Below are positions 58,328 to 64,000 of a stretch of 64,000 nt of DNA, in pieces. This stretch comes from Phycisphaerae bacterium. Its GTDB lineage: Bacteria > Planctomycetota > Phycisphaerae > UBA1845. The stretch lies in assembly GCA_963666835.2 (NCBI GenBank), contig CAXXGO010000003.1, positions 224,001-288,000 of the forward strand, given 5' to 3'. How positions within the stretch are numbered: the stretch's first letter is position 1; every line of letters begins with the position of its first letter. Position numbers and translations under genes: made by a program. The notes under the pieces were generated by a model, which was not told the DNA's origin, did no database searches, and saw only the letters and a list, made by a program, of their open reading frames with translations.

Positions 58328-58678
58328 ATGACCACACGGTTCGTCATTCTACACCACCGAACGGGTGAGGGCGAGCACTGGGATTTAATGCTCGAGCGAG
58401 GCGAGGTTCTGCTGGTGTGGCGGCTCGGGCGAGAACCGGAATCCGGCGACGACCTTCCGATTCCGGCTCGGCGGATCTTTGACCACCGCAAGTTGTTTCT
58501 AGAATACGAGGGAACGCTCAGCAAGGGACGTGGGTCGGTTACCCGGGTGGACTCGGGGACTGTGGTTTTTGAAAATCTCACAGATGATTGCGGCACGATT
58601 ACTTTGGTCGGGGAACGGCTGTCCGGGCGTTTTCATATTAGCGGGGGGGACGAGACCGGCGAGCTGAACCGGGCTTGA
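58328..58678 (+). CDS. Stand-alone LigD-type 3'-phosphoesterase (LigD_N) domain protein
   Basis: RFVILHH..HWDLMLE..W..DHR..FLEYEG..GRGSV...DSG. Confidence 0.8.
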   Translation: MTTRFVILHHRTGEGEHWDLMLERGEVLLVWRLGREPESGDDLPIPARRIFDHRKLFLEYEGTLSKGRGSVTRVDSGTVVFENLTDDCGTITLVGERLSGRFHISGGDETGELNRA

Positions 58679-58841
58679 TCTGCGAATGAGACCCGAAAGA
58701 CCGGTCTGCAAGTAATGAGAGGCGGCGGGGACGACCGAGTGATGCCGACAGTATGAGTTGAGGGAAAGTACGAAGGAACCAGATTGCGAGGATCGCCCGA
58801 AGGCATATTCCCGCGATCGAGAACACTAGGAGCATGATGCT

Positions 58842-59300
58842 ATGCCGATTCCATCGATTCAGGACGCGCAGATTTCTTTGGGCACTCTGCAGGACGAAAT
58901 GAGCCGGTTCGTTGAGCGGGTTTGGCATGGCGGCGTGTCGACCAAGCCGTTCGACGGGCAGAACTGGGCTCCGGCGGTGGATCTCTACGAGTATCCCGAT
59001 CATTATGTATTGTACGCAGAAATACCCGGGGTGGCGTTGAAGGACGTCGAAGTAACTCATGTAGGACCTGTGCTGACCCTGCGCGGATCGCGAGTTTGCC
59101 CGGTGGGGGAGGATGAGGGGACAGCCACGCTACGAAACGAGCGTCGTTTCGGCGGGTTCTGCCGGAAGATCGATTTGCCGGGCGATGTCGATACCGATCG
59201 GCTGTCCGCCAAGTGCCAGGACGGTGTCCTGGAAGTCAAAGTCCACAAGCAGGCTTCCAGCATGCCAAGGGCCGTCAAGATCGAGGTCCAGGAGGGATAG
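58842..59300 (+). CDS. Hsp20 / alpha-crystallin small heat-shock protein
   Basis: WAPAVDLYE, AEIPGV, ERRFG.F.R.I.LP, DGVLEV. Confidence 0.94.
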   Translation: MPIPSIQDAQISLGTLQDEMSRFVERVWHGGVSTKPFDGQNWAPAVDLYEYPDHYVLYAEIPGVALKDVEVTHVGPVLTLRGSRVCPVGEDEGTATLRNERRFGGFCRKIDLPGDVDTDRLSAKCQDGVLEVKVHKQASSMPRAVKIEVQEG

Positions 59301-59549
59301 TCGGCCGGGAATCGCCGCGTAGGGGGACCATCCGTTCTCCTGCCGTGTACCGCCCCAGCGGGCATTCGACGGTACAAAGCCGAGCTTGACTATTGCCCGT
59401 GTGAACTTGTCAAAGTCCGTGGTGGCGTCGCGCGCGTAGTTGCCGCTGAAGCCGCCTCGCGATACCCTCGCTCTTTTCGTCGAGCCTATCGGCAGAGGGC
59501 GGGACTGCCGTCGGTGACGCAACCAAAGAGCCCGCCGCGGGAAAGTCTG

Positions 59550-61457
59550 ATGAAGCTGCAAGTCGTTACCGGGGGATATTCGGGGATTGCCATGCTCGGT
59601 TTTCTGCTCGCTTCCGGAGGGTCGTTGTTGGCATCTGATGAGCATCGAGTGCTGGAACGTGACGAGGTCGCTAAGCCCTACAAGTGGGCCACGGAGAACA
59701 TCTTTGCCACAGACGAGGAGTGGGAGGTGGAGTTTGCCGCCCTCGAGAAGGAGATTCCGGAACTAGCGGCTTTCCGCGGGACCCTGGACAAGGGGGCGGA
59801 CAACCTGCTCACGTTCTTCGAAAAGCGGGATAAGCTGGAGCCGCGGCTGAGCCGGGTATACGTGTACACCTCGCTTCTGTCGGATCAGGACACCCGCGTC
59901 GGGAAGTACCAGTCGATGAAGTCGCGGGCCCGATCGCTCTATATCAGCTACGGGCAAGCCATGTCCTGGGTGGAACCGGAGCTGACGGCACTGCCGCTGG
60001 ATCGCCTGCAGGGATGGATGCAAGAGAACCCGGGGCTGAAGCTGTACGATCACGCTCTCGATGATCTCTTTCGGCTGAAGAAGTACATCCTCTCGCCTCG
60101 GGAAGAAGAGTTGATAGCGTTGGGGGGCGAGCTGCGGAGCACTCCGGGGAATGCGTACAACTTCCTCACCAACGCCGATATCCAGTTCCCGACGATCACG
60201 GATGAAAACGGTAATACGCGCGAGTTGGACGACTCGGCCTTCTACCTGCACATGCGGTCGCCGGACCGGCGGGTGCGCAAGGACGCCTACGACGCAATCG
60301 TGGGGACGTACGCTCAATACCGCAACACGGCCGCCGCACTGCTGAACGGTGCCGTGCAAAACCACATCTTCTCGGTCAAAGCTCGCGGGTACGACAGTTG
60401 CCTGGATGCGGCACTGCAGGGAGGCAACATCCCGGTAGGCGTCTACGACACGCTGGTAGAGACGGTCAACAAGAACCTCCCGCTCCTGCATCGGTACCAG
60501 AGCATTCGCAAGCGGGTGCTGGGGTTCAAAGACGGGGTACACGCCTACGACTTGTTCGCTCCGTTGATCGAGGGGCAGAATCTGACGTACACATACGAAG
60601 AGGCGGTGGACACGATCCTGGCGGCGCTGGCCCCCATGGGAAGCGATTATCTGACACCCATGAAGAAGGGGTTCGACTCTCGCTGGGTAGACGTATTCCC
60701 GACTAAGGGGAAACGCAGCGGGGCCTACTCGAGCGGCACCTTCCTGACACAGCCGTACATCCTTCTCAACTATCACGAGAGCTACGAGGACATGTCGACT
60801 CTCGCTCACGAGATGGGGCATTCCATGCATTCGTATTTTTCGAGGGGGACGCAGCCGTATGTGTACGCCGACTACAGCATCTTCTGCGCCGAAGTAGCGT
60901 CCACCTGCAATGAGATCCTCCTGCAGAACTACGTCTTGGCCAACACGAAGGACCCGAAGAAGAAGCTGTATTTGATCTGCGAGTTCCTCGAGGGGATCCG
61001 AGGTACGGTCTTCAGGCAAACGATGTTCAGCGAGTTCGAGCAACGCATTCACGAAATGGGCGAGGCCGGAGAGCCTCTCACGGCGGATTCGCTGGGAGCG
61101 GCCTACCGGGAGATAATGCGGAAGTACTACGGTCCGGATTACATCCACGACGACGTGGTCGACAACTACTGGATCCGAATTCCGCACTTCTACTACAACT
61201 TCTACGTGTACAAGTATGCGACCAGTTGGTGCGCGGCCTCCAACATCGCGACCCGGATCATGAAGAACGAGCCGGGCGCGCGCGACGCGTACATGTCGTT
61301 CTTGAAGGGCGGGAGCAGTCGCTATCCCGTCGACATGCTCAAGCTGGCCCGCGTGGACATGACGACTCCGAAGCCCATCCAGGCGGGGTTGGACCTCTTC
61401 GAGGATCTGCTGGACCAGGCAGAGTCTCTGCTGGATGAGCTGGGAATGAACAAGTAG
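59550..61457 (+). CDS. pepF: Oligoendopeptidase F (M3B) with N-terminal signal-like segment
   Basis: KGKRSGAYS, PYILLN, HEMGHSMH, AEVAST.NE, RQTMFSEFE, RIPHFYYNFYVYKYA. Confidence 0.94.
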   Translation: MKLQVVTGGYSGIAMLGFLLASGGSLLASDEHRVLERDEVAKPYKWATENIFATDEEWEVEFAALEKEIPELAAFRGTLDKGADNLLTFFEKRDKLEPRLSRVYVYTSLLSDQDTRVGKYQSMKSRARSLYISYGQAMSWVEPELTALPLDRLQGWMQENPGLKLYDHALDDLFRLKKYILSPREEELIALGGELRSTPGNAYNFLTNADIQFPTITDENGNTRELDDSAFYLHMRSPDRRVRKDAYDAIVGTYAQYRNTAAALLNGAVQNHIFSVKARGYDSCLDAALQGGNIPVGVYDTLVETVNKNLPLLHRYQSIRKRVLGFKDGVHAYDLFAPLIEGQNLTYTYEEAVDTILAALAPMGSDYLTPMKKGFDSRWVDVFPTKGKRSGAYSSGTFLTQPYILLNYHESYEDMSTLAHEMGHSMHSYFSRGTQPYVYADYSIFCAEVASTCNEILLQNYVLANTKDPKKKLYLICEFLEGIRGTVFRQTMFSEFEQRIHEMGEAGEPLTADSLGAAYREIMRKYYGPDYIHDDVVDNYWIRIPHFYYNFYVYKYATSWCAASNIATRIMKNEPGARDAYMSFLKGGSSRYPVDMLKLARVDMTTPKPIQAGLDLFEDLLDQAESLLDELGMNK

Positions 61458-61480
61458 AGGAGCCGGAAGCCGGGACGCGA

Positions 61481-61885
61481 TCAGGCGGAGGGCTGAGTAG
61501 ATTCCGAGCCTGTGGCGCCCGGGAACAGAGCACTCAGCCCCGACGGCGAATCGGTGGGCATTACCGCGCGAGTAGGGAGCGAGGCTCGGGCGATGACGGT
61601 TGATGGGCGGCGGTGGGCGTCCGGACGCGCGGCTCCGGATGTCCGGCGCCGTGAGTGCGGCTCGGGCTGATGGTGGCGGCGTCCCAAACAGTGATAGTGA
61701 CGATGGGGTGACGAAGTTGCCCAGAAGACTGCGACGACCCAACCGAGAACGCTCCAACCCGCGCAGATATTGAGTAGGCAGATCCAGCCCAGATGCCGAT
61801 GCTCGCGGATGAACGCGATGATGGACGGCAGGAAGTAGCCGAGTAGAACGAACCCGCACAGCACTGGGTACGGTATCGTATGCAT
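61481..61885 (-). CDS. Superinfection immunity (T4 Imm-like) family membrane protein
   Basis: YFLPSIIA..R.H......LLN..GWSVLGWVVA..WA. Confidence 0.8.
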   Translation of the reverse strand: MHTIPYPVLCGFVLLGYFLPSIIAFIREHRHLGWICLLNICAGWSVLGWVVAVFWATSSPHRHYHCLGRRHHQPEPHSRRRTSGAARPDAHRRPSTVIARASLPTRAVMPTDSPSGLSALFPGATGSESTQPSA

Positions 61886-62062
61886 CCTGCGATGGTCCTC
61901 ACGGAAAGGCGACTCTGTCGATAATATCGGCAGGCTGCGGCGGCTCTTGCAGTTATCAGCCTTTCACGGCGTGGCGACGTTTCCCGCTAAACGGGCGTAA
62001 CAATACTGATTCCACGGGTTTTCCCGCGCCCGCCCGCCTGCCGCGAGGACGGCATCAGCCAT

Positions 62063-62112
62063 GTAGGTCGGGCTAAGCCCGACAGTTTCGCGTTGGGCTG
62101 AGCCCGACCGAC
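62063..62112. repeat. Inverted pair of short GTAG-type REPs between convergent/adjacent genes
   Basis: GTAGGTCGGGCTAAGCCCGAC ... GTTGGGCTGAGCCCGACCGAC. Confidence 0.65.
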
Positions 62113-63633
62113 TCAGAAGGGACCCCAAACAGCAGGCTCTCTACGACCTGCTCCATTGACGGGGTGTCCCAATGTTAAGGTTGGGAAGATGACGCCGCCG
62201 ACGTACGTCCAGAGCGTTCCAAGGACAATCCACCAGGGCCACGCAACATACACGACCTGATGACGCTCTTGGAGCCACTTCAAAGCCGCCAAGCCCGCGA
62301 CGGAGGTGAGCATGGCGATCGTATTGACCACGTCTTGCCCGCGGTTTCTCGTGGTCACCCCGAGTAAGAATACGCCGAGCATACCGCCGAAGATGATGCT
62401 CACCCATTGGAAGGCCTGCCAAAGCAGGGCATCGTACCGAGCGAAGGCCAGGGCCACGCCCACCAGCAACGCACCAAACAGCAGCGCGAACAGCCGGGCC
62501 ATTCTCAGGTAGTGTCTCTCATCCGCGTCTGTCCGAACAAACGGACGATAGAGGTCCGTTACGGCAGTTGACGAGAGCGCCCCGAGAGCGGAATCCAGGC
62601 TCGACATAGCTGCGGCGAAGATACCCGCTATCAGCAGTCCCTTGAGCCCCCATCCCGAAGGCATGAGCTTGGCGATCACGTGCGGGAAGATCCGCTCACC
62701 CTTCTGGTGAATTTCCGGCGGCAGAGCTTCTCCGCCCAGCGCGGCCAAGTATATGTAGATGAGCGTCCCGATCAGAAGGAAAAGGCAGACGATCGGCAGC
62801 CCGGCGAGGGCGTTGAACATCAACGAGCGTTGCCCGCGCCGAAGGTCCGGGCAGGTCAGCATTCGTTGCGTAAGATCCTGGTCAACACCCAGGGCAGCCA
62901 TGTTCTGAACCGTGGCGTAAATGAACAGAACCCAGAATGCCTTGTCGTTGTTGGGCCGCCAATCCCAAGTGAAGATCTTCAGTTTGCCGGTGTGGCAGGC
63001 CGTGGCGAGGTTTTCCGCCCATGTTCCGGGGATGGCGTCAAACAGAAACACAACCGCGGCCAGTCCGCCAGCCACGAACACGATGGCCTGCAGGGCGTCC
63101 GTCCAGATGATGGACTTGATCCCGCCGAAAGTCGTGTACGCTACGGCGACTCCGGCGCCCACGACGACCACCCAGGTAAGAGGCCAGTTGAAGACCAGTG
63201 CTATTGCCAGAGATGCGGCCAGCAGCCGGAAACCGCTACCGATAATCCGAGACACCACAAACATGAGCGAAGCGGCGGTCCGCGTCCACGGGCCGAATCG
63301 GCGGCCGAGATACTCGTACACGGTGGTGACCGAGTTGCCGTAGAAGGCGGGGAGAAGCAGCAGAATGATCAGCATTCGCCCAATGAACGCCCCGGCGTAC
63401 ATCTGCAGGTAGTTCCAGTCGCCTCGATACGAATCCGCCGGGACGCTGATGAACGTCAGGGCGCTGACCTCGGTTGCGATGATCGAGAGGCCGACGACGA
63501 ACCAGTGCTGCCGCTTCCCGCCAAGGAAGAAGTCGTGAGTGTTGCGTTCACCGCGGCCGGCATAGAGACCGACTGCCAGAATGGCGATGGAGTACCCCCC
63601 CAGAACCAGCCAATCTAGTAGTCCGAGCCTCAT
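62113..63633 (-). CDS. Sodium:solute symporter (SSS) family transporter
   Basis: DFFLGG, SIIATEVSALTF, YEYLGRRFG, GGIKSIIWTD, DQDLTQR, AAAMSSLDS; TGATG coupling to the upstream gene. Confidence 0.93.
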   Translation of the reverse strand: MRLGLLDWLVLGGYSIAILAVGLYAGRGERNTHDFFLGGKRQHWFVVGLSIIATEVSALTFISVPADSYRGDWNYLQMYAGAFIGRMLIILLLLPAFYGNSVTTVYEYLGRRFGPWTRTAASLMFVVSRIIGSGFRLLAASLAIALVFNWPLTWVVVVGAGVAVAYTTFGGIKSIIWTDALQAIVFVAGGLAAVVFLFDAIPGTWAENLATACHTGKLKIFTWDWRPNNDKAFWVLFIYATVQNMAALGVDQDLTQRMLTCPDLRRGQRSLMFNALAGLPIVCLFLLIGTLIYIYLAALGGEALPPEIHQKGERIFPHVIAKLMPSGWGLKGLLIAGIFAAAMSSLDSALGALSSTAVTDLYRPFVRTDADERHYLRMARLFALLFGALLVGVALAFARYDALLWQAFQWVSIIFGGMLGVFLLGVTTRNRGQDVVNTIAMLTSVAGLAALKWLQERHQVVYVAWPWWIVLGTLWTYVGGVIFPTLTLGHPVNGAGRREPAVWGPF

Positions 63634-64000
63634 CAAGCCCCTCCGGGACGAATCTCGCGTCCGAGGTCTTCGAGCATGCGCGTGATGTCGTCCAGCCCGG
63701 AGTCCTTGTTGCGCATCCGCCAACAATCGGCGAATTCGTCGGTCAACGCGGCCAGCGTCTCAGCCCACGCCTCGCGTTGGCCGGGTGAAGCGGTGGATTC
63801 CGGTGGGTTGGCTCCGGACCGACGAGTGAACCGGATCTTATCGACGAACAGCTCGGTGAACCGGCAGGCCAACAGCAATTCGCGAAGGTCCTGCTGGTCC
63901 GTTCCGACAGCCCCCGATCGGTCTTCGAGCCACCGCGCCGCCTCCGCGGCAGCCTGCGCCGTCTGATGAAGCTCTGCCTCGTTCGGCAGGCCGGGTTCGT
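63633..64000 (-). CDS. C-terminal fragment of a gene extending beyond the window, possibly GH20 hexosaminidase-like
   Basis: Frame open to the edge (EPGLPNEAELHQ...FADCWRMRNKDSGLDDI); W..RN..G.L resembles C-termini of some GH20 proteins; coupled to the SSS gene. Confidence 0.45.
   Translation of the reverse strand, partial: EPGLPNEAELHQTAQAAAEAARWLEDRSGAVGTDQQDLRELLLACRFTELFVDKIRFTRRSGANPPESTASPGQREAWAETLAALTDEFADCWRMRNKDSGLDDITRMLEDLGREIRPGGA

Noticed and set aside
59763..61859. 698-aa minus-strand ORF (also 18978..20081, 29841..30938, 30689..31750, 54550..55719, 6724..7707)
   Set aside because: Antisense shadows of well-supported genes in high-GC DNA, with no recognisable motifs.
61481..62112. 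Prophage remnant around the Imm-like gene
   Set aside because: No integrase, att-like repeat, tRNA or other phage genes.
1..64000. tRNA, rRNA, known riboswitches, IS elements
   Set aside because: None recognised by eye in the intergenic regions; a covariance-model scan would be needed to exclude them fully.

Overview
GC-rich bacterial chromosomal window. The gene content (futalosine genes, CRTAC1/ASPIC-UnbV protein, IPTL-CTERM protein, cohesin/dockerin/HYR proteins, abundant palindromic repeats) suggests Planctomycetota, probably Phycisphaerae; this is inference only. Most of the window is housekeeping or generic: mfd (3' part), a SurA/PrsA-like PPIase, hflX, mqnA-mqnC, nfi, an HtrA protease, MutS2, argE, a KynB-like cyclase, uppP-pgsA-rimO, a CobB sirtuin, an S41 peptidase, prfA, rpmE, asnB, Hsp20, pepF and an SSS transporter. 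I found no rRNA, tRNA, CRISPR-cas, transposase, integrase or prophage. The most unusual locus is 28.3-37.4 kb. It is a four-gene minus-strand operon (short coiled coil, cytoplasmic non-catalytic FGE-fold protein, Zn-ribbon TRAFAC GTPase, GAP1-N2-like protein with a DENN-like stretch). It is transcribed divergently from a ~1420-aa pure coiled-coil protein built from a 53-residue repeat and ending in a basic/aromatic tail. Other notable items: an IPTL-CTERM gene bracketed by 101-bp direct repeats made of GTAG-type REPs, an 84-bp REP tandem array, three small single-TM proteins with strong RBS whose starts the ORF track does not call, an Smr-less MutS2, a PLA2-like lipoprotein with HD->HN, and two adjacent cohesin+dockerin proteins. 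All calls come from reading motifs by eye; no database searches were run.
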